DNA of 64,000 bases from Phoronis australis (lineage: Eukaryota; Animalia; Phoronida), in assembly GCA_002633005.1 (NCBI GenBank), contig NMRA01000534.1, forward strand, positions 234,251-298,250, given 5' to 3'. Position numbers and translations under genes: made by a program. Below, in pieces: positions 25,177-39,990 of the stretch (its first letter is position 1; each line of letters starts with the position of its first letter). Under the pieces are notes generated by a model. The model saw only the letters and a program-made list of their open reading frames with translations. It did no database searches and was not told the DNA's origin.

Positions 25177-28100
25177 GACTTAAAACCATTGTTGTTTTCT
25201 TTAATATATGCTGCTACTTACTATCATGGAGACATTATCTATTACAATTGAAACGCATATGTGTCATAATTGAACACTGGAATTTGGAAAGTGTAAAACG
25301 TTTTACGACAAAGTGTACTAGTCAGATATAAAATTTAGAGTTTTTGCAGAAACTATTGTTCATTAAAATGACTCTGACATGTGGAAAGACTCCAAGAAAA
25401 TCAAGATAACAGAACGTGTTGCACATAAAGTCTCTGTGAAAGTAACCACCAACGTCATGAACTTTTTGGCTTCCATTCTAGTTTTACCCGCAACTATTTT
25501 ACGATATATGAGAGTCTGAACGGAGTGAAAGCATTTTATGGCCTCGGCAAGTCATTCATTATTATTGGGGACAAATAAAACAACAACAATAACATATATT
25601 TTAGGTTGTATTGGGAATTTCAGGGTCACAGCTCTACAAATGCATATTTCACATAAGGAACCAGATGTGTTCCTTAATTACAAGAGATAACACACCTATT
25701 TACGATACCCAATGTGTAATTGAGTATCAGATACTAAGTGGCACAGGTTAGCATAGTACCAAATGGGTACATAATACCAAATGGGTATTGACCGATTGCC
25801 TACAAACTGGGTCGAGCAAAACGGCAAATTCAATAACAAGTACCAAATGTCTACAACTGTCAAATGGATAAATATCATATAATAATAAAGTACCAAGTGG
25901 GTACATCAAACAGCCAACTGGGCTATAACAACCTGCAAAGAAGGTTCCGGACAAGCTGAGTGAGCAGACCAGCCGGCGTGATAAAAAGATATTGTAAGGA
26001 ACGTGGTTTTGTGGCTCAGTATGTGCCACATGGGCAGGGTTGTTCATGGATGAACAATCCTGTCCACCGCCACAACATTATTTCACAAGTTGGGCTCTCA
26101 GTTTCCCTTCAGCATGCAGGTTAGCAGCAAGCCCTCATGGAATTCTAAACGGGTTATACATGGTTGGAAATAAAATGCCAAGTTCCTATTCATGGTCTAC
26201 CTTACATTAACTAGTATCATCAAATTAATATGATGTGGTGTTTAACAATGGTGCTGCTGATGTCAAATGAAAAAATGATTACGTTTTGTACTGGACTTTG
26301 GAGAAAGCAAAAGTAGCTTTGTACAGAACTGACAATGACAATAACGTAGCTGTACCATACATTGAATAAGTTATTTTGAGCAAACTGTTGCACAATTGCA
26401 TACATTTTACTTTTATAAATTTGTTGAACGCCTGGTAGATGAAGTTGAGGCTAAGAGGATTGACTTTTGTTTACTGTTTTCACCGCTTGACGAATGCTTT
26501 TCCAAGCTTATAACATTTGAACCATGCGTTGCTTCCTATACTCCTGTGCTATGAACTGCAATTTCTCAAAGTGTATATCAACTTTCCCTACAGAAAGCAG
26601 TACATGTTGCCACTTGGTATTGACAATTTACAAAGACACTGTTAGTCCATGACTTTCAAATGCTGATCTCTGATCAGATCAGCACCTAGGTTCACAAGCC
26701 CACCAAAGGCAATCAAGTAGTTATTAACTGATTTTGTGCTTGACACTGGAATAATGGTACTCAATTTTTTAAAGCTTTAAGTCTTCCTATTGTCAAATAA
26801 ACAGCACAAACAGGCACACCATCTGAGATGGCTAGTTTATCTGTACTGACTCCTGTTTTTCTGACGTGTGTGATGGCGCGTCCTCAATATGGCGCTCACC
26901 AAAAATTCTGCTGTTTCAGTAATGGAATCTGTTACTGGTGAGAGTTCACTTGCGTACATTGTGACCTATTCCGGGGGTATTCCAGTTAGAGTACTGGACA
27001 GTAGGGGATGTCCTTTCGTATTCAATAATTTAGATTCTCCCAACAAACCTGAGCAATCGGTCATAATAGGCACTCAAAACTAAATGACGAAAAAATTTAT
27101 CCAGATCCCTACTATAGTTACATTGTCATTGATGGTTCCTAATTTTGAGAATCAGGCCATTGAAACTTGCAAATTGTTGACCTTTAACGGGATGAGATTT
27201 CAAAATCAGGAGCTAGCAAAAATTACTACGAACACAGAGACATAGGCACACGTAACGAATGCCAATATATCCAACTTACGAAATGACTACATTTTGCGAG
27301 CTCCCCCCCCCCCCTTGCACTGATGCTCACGGACACAACCTCAAAGACCACAGAAATATATATAATAGAATACTAGCCTTATCGGGCAAATCACAATCAA
27401 GGTCCATATTCGGTGGCCACTTTTGGTGAAAAATGAAGGTTTGTCATATAAGTGTAAAACCTGGGTTATTTTAAAGTGCCATCATTCCAGGTTTGTAATC
27501 TAAAATAATTTTTGCACAAGAACCACCGAATAAAATACTACGGCCTAATGAACCACAGTTGTATAAAAGGGTCCGTACACAACAACTTGTGATCACAGCC
27601 CACTTCTACCATGCAAAAATTCATATAGTAGCTGTTAATTTGATAAGTTTTTGATCAAATTGAAGAAGTGTCACATACTAAAGTAAGAAAAGTTATTACC
27701 GTGTTGATCAAGTTGTTCTAGATGATGATACATTGCATATCTTATCACAGTATAATGAGAACTTCTTCTCTTGCAGTATGATCCTTACAAAAAGAAAACG
27801 ACAAGTAACTACGTTTTTCAAAATCTTTATTGGTGCTATTTGCCTAGTTTTCAAGACATTCACCAGTTTTTATTGCCCACAAATTTTATAGTGTCCATTG
27901 CTTTTTTTGCCAGACTGGATTCATTTTGGAAATATCAGTATTGTTCATTCTACCGGTAAGTGATTTTGAAAGTGACTCAAGTTATTCCCAGTCATATCAA
28001 AGCAATTGCTTACTCAACAAAATAGATTTCTTTTCTACTGTTGACATTTGAAAATTGTAATTTTAAAATGCATGAAATTCATAGAAAAAAACATGCATAA

Positions 28101-28239
28101 ATTTCTCATAAATTGATTTTGATGATTTTTTTTAATTTGCACAACTAAATAGCTCTTTGCACATGTTGGCATTTAGTAAGTGACCAAAAAACTTATTTTA
28201 GACAGTAGCACAGTCAACTCTCGAATATGGACCTTGATT

Positions 28240-28560
28240 GTGATTTAGCCGTTTTATAATACACACATGTAACTTGCCCAGAGTCACCATGAGTTACCAA
28301 ACTATCCAACAAATGAAGAAAATTATCAATTTCAACCTCCATAGTGAACTTAACTTTAATGCAGAAAGAGTTCAACCAATCCAGGAAATGTGTCACATTG
28401 TGGTCATTAAAGATCAAGAAAATGTCACTTACATGACTGAAGTAAATAAACAACACAGTTGGGCAATCAGATCAACTTTATTAAAACAAAAAACTGCACT
28501 GCATGGGTTGTAAAACTTTGACGGAATATTGTGCATTGAATAATAAAGTTGCCTGTTGAT
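28240..28560 (-). pseudogene. Penelope-like reverse transcriptase fragment
   Basis: YFSHVSDIF (decayed YxRYVDDIF)...FLDWLNS...KFTMEVE.DN.L.LLD.LV...T.VYYK. Confidence 0.75.
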
Positions 28561-30329
28561 AAAAGTTACAATCAATCATTAAAGTTTAAGGCACTGAATG
28601 TGATTTTCACCTGTACTAAATTGAAGAATTTCTACCATAGGTGTAAACGATTACTTCTGGAATGAAACGCTCATGTAGTTCAGCGGGAAAGAAGGGTACA
28701 TTAGGGGCCCGTTTCATGAAAACTGACTTAAGCTTTTTTCACTGAAAAACCGGTAATTTATCTAAGAAAGGTTTATCACTGAAGACCGGCAATTTATTAA
28801 GTTAAGAGAAAAGGTCCAGTACACTGCATAACAGGTAAACTTTAGTTTCAAGCTTGGCTTAGATCAATCTTAGTCTTAATCTTGGTCTTCAAATTCCTGT
28901 AAGAGGGGCATACAACAAGTTTCCACTTTAAATATATAGACAATTACATGGTACCCAGACTTAACTGCCGGCGCATGACCAAAGATGCTAGCTCCCTGGG
29001 CCGAGCAAACTCGCCAATGTAGGCACTGCCATAGCATGCACATGGCAGCCAACATGTGCAATAGCTACCAAAAACAACTAGATTTGAAACTCAGAATTTG
29101 TGGATTTCCTACCCCCCCCCCCCCNCCTCTACAGTTTTCCGTGCCCTCTCCCTTATCACCCGTTTTTCCACATACCCACTTACACCACTTCTCCCCATGC
29201 CTACCTCCCACTAAGCTCCTGGATATATTAATTAACACACTAATTTATATACCTTCCTTCAACAAGCACCTGGCTCTTCTCAAGTACTTTGACATCTTTG
29301 TTTTCACCATTGAGTACCTAGCGATACAACAAATACACCTCCACAACAGATCTATGCAGATCAGGAAGATCTTGCTGGTGTGCGACAGTCACTCCGCCGT
29401 TTTTCAAATAATTTAATTCATAAGTAATTATCATTTCGCATACATGACTGGTTTAAAAATATTTTGTAATTCTAAAATCCAAGAGTGTTACTAAAATCCG
29501 AAAAATAACAGAGTGCAATTGTAACATAAAAAAGAAATGAACCCGAGAGGTTATAAAAATTACTAGTTATGTCATTAGCGATATAATTCCACTGATTCAA
29601 AAGATTTCTATCCAATAAAGAAAATGGTTTGAGAATATGGATCATTCACGCTTGCTGTGGATAATGTAGTCAGGCATTCATCCAAAATTATACATCTTTA
29701 TATATTATAATTAATTGGACCTTTACATTCTTCATTGAAAATTCAGAATACAGTGACATTTACAAAAAAAAATCGATAAATTACTCCACGTATCTACACG
29801 AAATTTGCAGAAAAGGGTTTTCTGATAGATAAAAAATGAGCAAGCATCTGTCACGTGACTTTGACATTGGTTGCAGTGTTGGACTTTCCATAAAAGTTTA
29901 GAAATACACTCTTTTCTTCAGAAAGTAAAAGCTAGTGATCCCGAGACATATAGTGCGTGTTACAGTAAATACATTTTTACCATCGTTATGTTACTAAAGA
30001 ATGCGGACTATGGAATATTTATAAAAAGACACACTTTTATTTTGAACACCTGTTGCATCGTTATCACGGTCAACATTCAAGAACGACAAAACGAAGCGCC
30101 AACTGGATAAAAAGCGTGACATCTTATAGTTGAGTGGGAAATTGCAAATTAACAAAAACGGAATCTGGGCTACAGGTAAATATTGTACAATTGAAAACTG
30201 TAATAACACACAGAGACACACACGCACACGCACACGCACGCTCTTAGCTAAGTTTTTCGAAAGATACATGAACATGCCTGTTTTTTAGGGCCTAAACTTT
30301 TCCTTTAGGCCAAATGTAACTTCTTTCCG

Positions 30330-30690
30330 TAAAATATTGTAACATGATTTGAACACCCAAAAATGTCTTGTTCAAAATCTCTTGGCATGTAGTATGATAG
30401 GTTGTCGAAAGTTGTTCTACGACTAGAGCTCAACATATATCAGAGGCCAAACTACTCCCGGTATCCACCCAGGGCCGCTGGGTTTTTTGACTAATTTTGT
30501 CGAGAAATCGCTAATTGTACTGGAAACGTACCTCAAGAATCTCGCTTGATGAAAAATAACAACAAAATGAAAATAAAGCAATGAAATTAGTTTCGATTTT
30601 ATGACTATAACTCTCGATCAAAAGTCAGTCGAGCAGGCAGCCGGAAATTTTCAGTGCAAACTCTCGCGGCTAGTCTGCGGGTACACTTTT
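30330..30690 (-). mobile_element. Uninterrupted copy of the repeat that hosts the Academ element at 16.8-19.3 kb
   Basis: Inverted homology to 16490-16765 and 19270-19340. Confidence 0.6.
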
Positions 30691-30785
30691 TTACGGTGCT
30701 AGGAAAGGTAGCGCTCTCAAATGTTGTTTATCATGGCTTCTCATTGGTTAAAGTAATGAAACCGACGCCAAAACATTCAGTCACA

Positions 30786-30998
30786 TACCCTCTGACACAG
30801 CGCCACCTATACTGAAAAGAACCCCTGTGGAAACATGATGAACGACACACGGAATTCCGTGTGTGGGCATCAATGCGCATGCTTGATCGGAAATTAATCG
30901 ATCAAATCGCCACTTCTGGCACACGCCTTCAATGCAGAAAAACTGTAGTTTCCACAAGGTCACTTTTCAGTATAGGTAGCGCTGTGTCAAAGGGTAGT
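30786..30998. mobile_element. Palindromic MITE with ~45-bp TIRs, TA-flanked
   Basis: TACCCTCTGACACAGCGCCACCTATACTGAAAAG...CTTTTCAGTATAGGTAGCGCTGTGTCAAAGGGTA. Confidence 0.8.
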
Positions 30999-32434
30999 CT
31001 CTGGGTCGTAAGCTCTAATAATAAAATACATAGGTCACGTGCAGGAGTTGGCATTCTAGGGCTAGAGTTCTATGTCTACATTGCCTAGTTTTCCACAACG
31101 CCAGTGCGCACGCGCTGGGCATACTCAATTGGACACCGTGGACTCGTGTATTTGCAGTTCGCACACGCGCAGATATGAAACGTACCAAATAATGCCATTT
31201 CGAAGTGAAGAAATATACGTTATCCCACTACATAGGAATACTATTGCGATATCCTATCGAGAATTCATTTCATCTGGGAATGTCCTAACGAGACCGACTG
31301 ACTTGCATCATCGTGGCAATACCGTCTTGCTGTGTGCTCCGGCTTGTTGTTACATGACGTCATATGTATGCCAAGTACGGTACCCAAACCCTTTAAGCGA
31401 CAAGACAATCTGAGAAAGTGTTGAATAACCAGTAAAGTTTTTTCATGATAAATTGATCAGAATTTTTAGTTTGTGAAATATGCAAATTAAAGCACTGAAC
31501 CATTCAATAATATCAAAAGTTTGTCGGAAATTTAGAAACAATCCATCCAGCAATATAAAAAAATGAAACATTCTCTGAACCGAGTTGTCTGCAGCGGTTT
31601 GTGGTTTTAGCTTTAATCGGTGAATTTCTTAGCCAGTTTTCTTGGTCTATTTTCGGGTCTTAGCTTCTGAACTGTACATAGTAATAAAAAAATTAAATCC
31701 TCGTTTGATCACAACATTGGAAAATACCGGTGGAAATTGTGTTGAATTGCAAAACTTGAGGTAAGGATTGTATCGCAAAAAGCAGATTTTACGCTTCGAC
31801 CGGCAGACGACTGGCTAATTTAAAAACGCATTTCGTAATTAGGCCTTAATTTCCTGTAAAGCGAGTTAGCTCTCAGTGTAAATATAATGTATGCATGCAT
31901 AACAAAACGTTTTCGATGGATTTGAATTAGATTTTGGCTGATTTTGCTGGGCGGTGACGCTACTTGCTTGACCTACATACATGTATGATGACCCAGACTG
32001 AATCTTCAGCGAGGCTCAAAAATAGCCGCCTGATCACCGTGCGTCGGAATTTTCATGGTTACATCTTTTCTGTTTTTAGAGCAGTAAAACTATTTTTTCA
32101 CGAACGATGCCTTGGATTGATAATTTAGATAAGCCAAATGATTGAACCCAAGAAAATTTGGTGTACACGCGAATTTACACCACTGCAGCAGACTGCACAC
32201 CAGCAACCGTGAAATACGGCTTCTACCGTTGAATACGGCCTCTATCGTGATATACGGATTGGCTCTACTTTCCCGTATATCACAGTTGATTACGTGACGT
32301 ATACAATGACCATATTTTCATATATATGGGATAAAATGTTTTATACCACATTATCAGCCTGACATGGCCAATACAAACGTTAAATAACCCATCTAGTTAT
32401 TCAACGCCCGTTGAATAACATTTTGGCGGGAAAC

Positions 32435-32505
32435 CGAGGCCGCCTGGTTTCGAACCCGCTTCGCAAGAGTTTCGAATCGTCGACTTAACCGCTGCGCGAG
32501 GTCAT
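32435..32505 (-). other. Degenerate tRNA-derived (SINE-head-like) segment
   Basis: Minus strand GCGCAGCGGTTAAG (A box) ... GGGTTCGAAACC (B box). Cloverleaf not intact. Confidence 0.4.
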
Positions 32506-32742
32506 CGAACTTGAAAGTCCTTCTCTCACGCGTTGTTAACCCTTATTACATGGTTAGAAGATGTTATAAGGATCCAAGAAGTACCTACCCCATAACTAAT
32601 ACACGATCCGTACTCGAAAACAGTTTAAATGAACGCGCCACTCACGATTCGCACCCGAAGAAACACCGCCATTTTGAACTTGCCGCGAACCCGGAAGTAC
32701 AATTCATTCAGGAACCCAGGCCGAGAAAACGCCGTCAGTGCG

Positions 32743-33660
32743 NNNNNNNNNNNNNNNNNNNNNNNNNNNNNNNNNNNNNNNNNNNNNNNNNNNNNNNNNN
32801 NNNNNNNNNNNNNNNNNNNNNNNNNNNNNNNNNNNNNNNNNNNNNNNNNNNNNNNNNNNNNNNNNNNNNNNNNNNNNNNNNNNNNNNNNNNNNNNNNNNN
32901 NNNNNNNNNNNNNNNNNNNNNNNNNNNNNNNNNNNNNNNNNNNNNNNNNNNNNNNNNNNNNNNNNNNNNNNNNNNNNNNNNNNNNNNNNNNNNNNNNNNN
33001 NNNNNNNNNNNNNNNNNNNNNNNNNNNNNNNNNNNNNNNNNNNNNNNNNNNNNNNNNNNNNNNNNNNNNNNNNNNNNNNNNNNNNNNNNNNNNNNNNNNN
33101 NNNNNNNNNNNNNNNNNNNNNNNNNNNNNNNNNNNNNNNNNNNNNNNNNNNNNNNNNNNNNNNNNNNNNNNNNNNNNNNNNNNNNNNNNNNNNNNNNNNN
33201 NNNNNNNNNNNNNNNNNNNNNNNNNNNNNNNNNNNNNNNNNNNNNNNNNNNNNNNNNNNNNNNNNNNNNNNNNNNNNNNNNNNNNNNNNNNNNNNNNNNN
33301 NNNNNNNNNNNNNNNNNNNNNNNNNNNNNNNNNNNNNNNNNNNNNNNNNNNNNNNNNNNNNNNNNNNNNNNNNNNNNNNNNNNNNNNNNNNNNNNNNNNN
33401 NNNNNNNNNNNNNNNNNNNNNNNNNNNNNNNNNNNNNNNNNNNNNNNNNNNNNNNNNNNNNNNNNNNNNNNNNNNNNNNNNNNNNNNNNNNNNNNNNNNN
33501 NNNNNNNNNNNNNNNNNNNNNNNNNNNNNNNNNNNNNNNNNNNNNNNNNNNNNNNNNNNNNNNNNNNNNNNNNNNNNNNNNNNNNNNNNNNNNNNNNNNN
33601 NNNNNNNNNNNNNNNNNNNNNNNNNNNNNNNNNNNNNNNNNNNNNNNNNNNNNNNNNNNN
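32743..33660. other. Assembly gap (N run)
   Basis: Run of N. Confidence 1.
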
Positions 33661-34194
33661 AATACACTACATATGCAAACGAATCACGATATATTACTAA
33701 TAAAACAAAATAATGAAGACTTTTCGAGCAAGCCATAGCACATTCAGTTACAAGGAAAAAATGGCGGCGTTCAGGACAAGTTCCTGAACTGATGAGCCGG
33801 AAATGTGGGTACGCAAATAACCGATGACAACCGGTAATCATACGCTCAGAGAGAAGGGTCAAATACTGCTAAAAATCGCTTTTGGCAAGAAAGGCGAAAA
33901 GAATATAAAGAAAGGGTGTCGAAAATAAGAATTTATGTAGTAAGTATTTTCGGATACTGGAACCACATGGGCAGTTTGCAATAAGGACTTTAAAATAGAA
34001 TTCTTAAATGAGGACGCGTAATAATCACATGTTCAACAAAAAAACCGTGTACCGACGCAAAATTTCAATAAAAACGACATTTTTAATTCAGTAAAATTTA
34101 TTTGTCATTTTCTCTCACTTGTAAATCATCGATCTCTAGTTTGAATGCGGCTAACGTGTCGTCGGGATTCTTTGACTTGGACATTATACTCATT

Positions 34195-34635
34195 AACTAG
34201 TGGTAACCTACTTTAGCAGACGAATGTTCACGGTGGAAGCTTAGCATGACAGCATGTGTAGTAAGCCGGACTGGTTGCTTTAAACTTATATTATACATTT
34301 ACTTTATTTCTATTTTGTTTAAATTTTCAATTGGTTTTGAGTAAAAACATTATTGTAACAAAATTAACTCAACTTTTCTTAAAAAGATCACGACCTACGA
34401 CCCTGGGGATCTGACATAGAAAGTAGGCCTAGTTACAAATAAAAGCCGAGGCGAGTCGAGAAAGATAGATCCATTCATTGCAATGTTTATCGTTCAGTAT
34501 GTGGTATAAATAGATAATTACATGTGCTCGGTCGTTATCCTCTTTATCTAGAACTCTCGTGGATTTTGTAGAATCGTCACCCGAGGGGCTCTAGATTACG
34601 GGGGATAACGACTTCGCCATGTAATAATCTATATT
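34195..34635 (-). mobile_element. Second copy of the 4061-4500 repeat (Crypton-like, tentative)
   Basis: Inverted homology over ~440 bp. Confidence 0.65.
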
Positions 34636-35422
34636 TATTATCTGGCGGCTGTTCTTGGAATTCGTTAAGTAACGCATAACGCCAGCACGCATTCTCCCCT
34701 TTTCCCGTTCATTAGCTGATACCCGTGATTTGCAACGAGTCATCATAGTTCTTAGAGGGCTTCACGACCACTTAGCTGGAAAGAGAGTCTGAGAAAGCCG
34801 GTTCAGCCACTGCGAAAATGTCTCTAAATGATGATCTGTTTTAATATGCTTTCTGAGGAAGACAATAATTGACCTGAGTCACATTTAACAAACTACAAGC
34901 AATTCCGTCACAACAATATCTATGGACAAGACAACTGATGAACAAGCCAGGACAGGATTGTCACGAAACATGAAAATAGAACAGATTTGGCGTGAGAAAA
35001 GTCACACAAGTTAACATGTGTAGGAGAAAATACAATATGCTGAAGCGGAACAATATTATATGCATTTCGCCCTGTTTAGATGGCTAAAAAAATGAAAATC
35101 AAGTTTGGCCTTTTGCTCTCATAAAATCGATAAGGTTCTATTTCCGTTACCAACAAGAACAATCAGCGACTCACAAAAACGAGTTTTTTTGGGATTGGTC
35201 AGGTCTAAAATTGCAAATTCGAAAATGGCGCATGTGCGCATTGCGGCCGGTGACTTTAATTGGTAACGGAAACTGACTCCTGTCTTTGTATCACTTCACG
35301 GTGGTCGTGGAGGCAAAATCCTTTCGCTCTACCATGCGACAGCGAAAATCTTTAGCAAGTTGACAAAATAATCTCCTTTCTGCTTCTCAGCTTATTCAAG
35401 CGTTACCACAACTAATTTGTAG

Positions 35423-35486
35423 GTGCTGCCTCTGCTCTGTTTCTCGCTATTTTTTGTTGCTGCTGTTGCAGTTACTGCTTCTTTCG
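35423..35486 (+). CDS. Candidate signal-peptide exon (VLPLLCFSLFFVAAVAVTASF-G, phase-1 end)
   Basis: Follows TTTGTAG (a second pyrimidine-rich CAG acceptor lies at 35389). Hydrophobic core ends in an AVTA small-residue motif. Weak donor G|GTCATT. No ATG found. Confidence 0.3.
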
Positions 35487-36719
35487 GTCATTGTATAATA
35501 TTTCATTGGCCTACAAATAGGGAAGACGTGGAACTGATTAGTGTCATCTAATTGTTTTTCCTAACTTACGACCTAAACGTGAAAATCAATAAAATAGAAT
35601 GTTCACATCCACAAACCTGTCCCGCAACCACAACACTTTGTTCAAGATAAGTCGAAAATTGACCTATCGCGTGGCACGCACCAAGTAAACAATATGACTG
35701 GCCAATTTTGAGTCTCCAGTAAAATTTGTTGGTCACGTGCCCAAGTCTCATAACAGTCGTTGCCACGATACCAGTTGATGTCTACCACCAGACAACACCA
35801 TTTGAGAGACCCCCTTAGCAGATAAAGCACACCAACTTTGGGACTGTCGGCATTCCGAGCTCTTGGAAGCCTCCTTCCTTGCTCGTGGGACGTAGCGACA
35901 TTTTCTATAACAAAAAACGTGAAGTTTTGAGACATGTATTGCGTGGTTGAGAAGCCCAGTTTAATTTGCATATTGGTTACAAAGTGTCCCTTTAATGTCA
36001 CAAATAAAAAATGAGAGCCCGTCATGTTTTTATTACGAGCAAATTGAAAATTCAAGAATACATAAATCTCAAAAGATAATTGTCCTTGCCAAAATACTGC
36101 TTCGTCCTTGGTTTTCTTTCGCGACACACCTCGGACAATCTCAGTGACGAATTCAAAGTGTGACTTTGACGCGTGCATGGATAAGTTCAATTACATGAGA
36201 AACATTGCGGACTGAGCACAGTCCATCAGCTCATGAAAACAATTACAAAGTGGAAATGGAACCCTTACGCACATCGGGTTGCAGATCACTTACACGTAGA
36301 CCTACCACGGAACGGAAGTTACGGTATGGGAGAATCCTTGCCACTCACCTGTGTGTAGTTGCGGTTCTGCTTTCCTGGTGAGAGTTTTTCATGTGTGCAT
36401 AGCGTTGTCTTAGTGCGTGCTAAGTATTTTGTGGTGGCCTTGGTGAGGATTCCATCCCGGCCGTGGCAAGGGTTCCCCTCCCGTGGCAAGGGTTCTGCTG
36501 CCACCGGTAAGGGTTCAATTGACACCTCTGAAATACCAACTGACTAAATCCAATTTATAAATGAAACGTCGGCCAATTTATCCAGCTCGTACACCTTAGT
36601 GTTATTGATAAAAATGACGTGATAATCCGGGCCGTTGCATATCATGAATCCGCTGCGGCAACCTGCGCAGGGAGTCGTAGGGGACTGTTAGTCGTTTTCA
36701 TGAATATATTTATAGATGT

Positions 36720-37770
36720 AAGCAAATTATGCCGTCAACCCCGTCCACCCGTTCGTCTGTCCGTTCGCCCGTCCGCCTGTTGTATCAATGTTCACGAAAA
36801 ATTGTTCCTATCGTGGGTGGAACAGAATGAGCGAACACTCTAAGGGATTCCTCTACCGCTGTGCTCACTAGCGTCAATTTTGTATTTTTGCTTGAGCCCC
36901 TATATATGCCAAGTTTGTGGACGGGTGGATTACCATGAAGTTTGATAAACAAATTTCTATTATAATCTGCGACTCCTAGTAGCCATTTTAATTCTTTAGT
37001 GACTGTTTCTGGTGTTCTCTTCCTTGACCGCGATACCGCTTGAAGGATTATGATGAAATTACACACCGTGTATTCTTTATAACAGGAGCATGACTGGCGT
37101 TGATTTTTAGGATTAGTCGAACTCATTATTAAGCGAATGGGACTTAGCCGATCAACGTAGCCGCGCCGGTTTCTTTGATCTCGCGCTCATCTCAACTCCA
37201 CCCAGTAATCTGTTGTCATGCATGGAAAGTTAAGACATCATCATGGTGAACGTGGACTTCCTCTTTGTATTTGGTTGGCCCATGTTACAAATCAACCATA
37301 CTGAAACATTGTTGCTTCCTATTTTTGTGTTTCTGTTGGATGTATCTATCTTTATTGCAAAAACATTCCAAATTCGTTTTGGAAGCATCAAAATTGACCC
37401 AAAAATAACAAAGTTACATGTTATGCTATCTTTAAACCTCATTTTTCTAGCACACTGTCCAAAACACATGTCTCACAAACGATATTTTAATAACATGAAT
37501 CCAACACTAACGTAATTGATACTACTTAAGTGAGACCATTATAGGATAACCTTACGTAAACTGTCTGGTGTCTTAGTGCCAGTGTGTACCAAGTTGCTTT
37601 ATGGATGTACACGAAACTTGTATGTAGTCCAATTCACGAGAGTACGGCTGACGTTGATTTTGGAATGATCCCGACTAATGTGGCGTCCTCTAGTAACAAT
37701 TAGTGTAATCTTTGGCTCTATGTCTACCAAGTGCCTCGGCGGATGTTCATAAAATTTGTTTCAAGGAGAC
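36720..37770 (+). mobile_element. Degenerate Helentron/HINE-like fragment
   Basis: Degenerate (GTCC)n tract at 36740-36780, followed by diverged ...CCAAGTT...ATGAA repeats. Confidence 0.35.
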
Positions 37771-37808
37771 GACAGCTCTTGCCTTGTCTGAGCCAGAGTT
37801 GACTTGAA

Positions 37809-37861
37809 AGAATGAATGGATTGAATGAATGAAAGAATGATTGAATGAATGAATGAATGAA
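37809..37861. repeat. (GAAT)n microsatellite, possibly the 3' tail of a minus-strand L2-like LINE
   Basis: Imperfect GAAT repeats. Confidence 0.8.
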
Positions 37862-38314
37862 AAGTACAGTTGCCCATAACAATACTGAACTACACTAATC
37901 CTAACATCTAAGAAAATCGAACTCTAGAAAACCAAACAGCTGAGAAAAGAAATAAACTCAAAAAATTGCATGAATAAAGCATACAACGACCACAACCAGC
38001 CATGCAGATAAATTTAGGTTTTGAAATAGATATCAGAGCCTGTTCTGAATATCAACAATAAAAGGATTTTCAGAGTCGTAAAGACAGCACAAGAAGCGGA
38101 AAACGGGCTTGCGTAACATGGCTTTGTATGACTAAAAATCAAAAACAGCATACTGAAGAGATACCATGAAATTTTGAGAGACCGAAGAAGCTATAATTTT
38201 GAACTCCCACCACAAGTTAACAGAGTGCATAGCTGAACAAAAATAGGGGGCAGTTTTAAAAGTTATACGAGACACCTGAAATTTGAAGTGTGATTGTAAT
38301 TCTAACGCACTGCT

Positions 38315-38554
38315 AACGAATGGAGAGATTACGTGCCCAGCCACTACTGTACCCTCCCTGGGTATATTCTTTTTTAACGTTAATCTCTCCTATGTGGTCT
38401 TACAAACCTTCGCTTTCTTTGAAATATGACTCATCAGATGTGCGAGCACATCTCACGTAGGTCTGCAAGACTATATATGAGAGATTAACGTTACAAAAAG
38501 AACATACCCAGGGAGGGAACAATAATAGTTGGGCACGTAATCTCTCCATTCGTT
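38315..38554. mobile_element. Foldback MITE with ~80-bp inverted arms
   Basis: AACGAATGGAGAGATTACGTGCCCA...TGGGCACGTAATCTCTCCATTCGTT. Confidence 0.8.
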
Positions 38555-39283
38555 ATCAGTTCTTGTAATACCAGTTCTATATACTTTTGATATTTTTAGT
38601 TGTTTGTTAGGTATGTTATGTTATTTGTTACGTCATTTGGTGTCTTCATGGATTACACATCCCTTATACTCCGCGGTGATGGTGTCCGTGTTTGCTTAGA
38701 ATAGGTTAAGTTAGGTTCATTTCATGTAACAGGCCTCCGGCCCACATTACAAATATATAATAGTTAGAGAGTACACGATTTTTCAAATCTAAATTAATTC
38801 CTATCAAGGAACTCATTTTGACGTTTCTCCGCATTAATTAAATGTCTACCAACTTTTCTCAGGACAGTTAAATCATGAGTCTGTAAAAAATCTCTGAACA
38901 CTATCTCGTCCACCTTATCGTATCTTGGTAAGAACAGCACACGTAGACCAGAATATAAATTACATTCGACAAGAAAGTGTAATTCTGTTTCTACTTTCCC
39001 ACTGTCACAGCAGGGACATATTCTCTCCTCTCTAACAAGTCCACTTTACCTTCAATGAACAATCATTAAAGAATGCACCGAGCATCTGAATCTTGCGAGG
39101 GTTACTTTGTGAAAACTATTTTCTAGACATGTTATGTATTTTTCTTCTACAAAATTACATTTAACTGATTTACAAACATCTAAAGATCGAAAAAATATAT
39201 TGTCTCTCCACTCCTGGATGTCAGTGTCCAAGCATCGTTGTTGAAGTTCACTTATAAATGAGGCAGCATCGCCCACACCTTGT

Positions 39284-39818
39284 GATGACAGCGTTTTCCC
39301 GTTCAGTGACTCTACCAGACGTAGGGGGTTCTGAGCGTGTGATAACAGCTAATTTCTTTGTTAGCTGCCAAGCACACTCTTTTATCTGTTACGACAACAA
39401 GCAGGCCAATTATCTGCCAGGCTTATTACAAACCACGTGTGAACACAGTCAACTCGGAGTGAATTTGAGTATTTGGAAAGAATAGATTGTCGTACCTTCG
39501 GTTGCAGTTGGGCGATTTTGGCGTTTCAAAAACTAAACATGATCACCAATTGACGAAGATTTCAGAAAGGCTATTGGTTTATGTTCAAATATGTTATAAC
39601 TTAACTTTTATTTTTAACAGCGCAACCCAGTTAGGGTAGATACGATCTTATTGGAGATTAGAGCAATTATCGAACGAAAGAGAGCTGGCCCTCCAACCAT
39701 CAATGCCAGAATGGAGTTAATCAGTCGTGTAAGATATTGGCTACAGGAGTTAACTTCCCAACTTGTTGTTGGGCTATAGAATCGAACAAGTTGGGAACAA
39801 CGGGAAAACGCCGTAATG
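39284..39818. mobile_element. CATTA-ended MITE with 3-bp TSD (TGT), nested in the LINE
   Basis: Removing it and one TGT restores W-I-Q-G-V-G in the LINE frame. Homolog of 19641-20140. Confidence 0.8.
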
Positions 39819-39990
39819 TGTATCCAAACAACTCCAAAACCATAAGCAAATAACAATCGTTTTTAATATTTCGAGCTAAGCAACACATATGTTGCTCAGC
39901 CATGTCATGTGACACATTATAGCACACACTAACATAACGATGGCTTGGCAATTTGATAATCTTTAACCAATATTTAACAATTCTCAATAA

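Larger units (their letters stand above)
23270..25240 (+). mobile_element. Penelope-like retroelement 3' part (GIY-YIG endonuclease and pLTR), split by an insertion
   Basis: KDKIP...SRVVYKFICAGCGSSYVGETIRHLKTR continues after the insertion as TKEHL...LKIREALHISWCKPNLNKQ. Confidence 0.9.

Noticed and set aside
33765-33810. CTGATGAGCCGGAAA after a hairpin, resembling a hammerhead
   Set aside because: No stem II, no NUH cleavage triplet and no stem III pairing.
32511-33862. Long ORFs spanning the second gap
   Set aside because: Artefacts of N runs.
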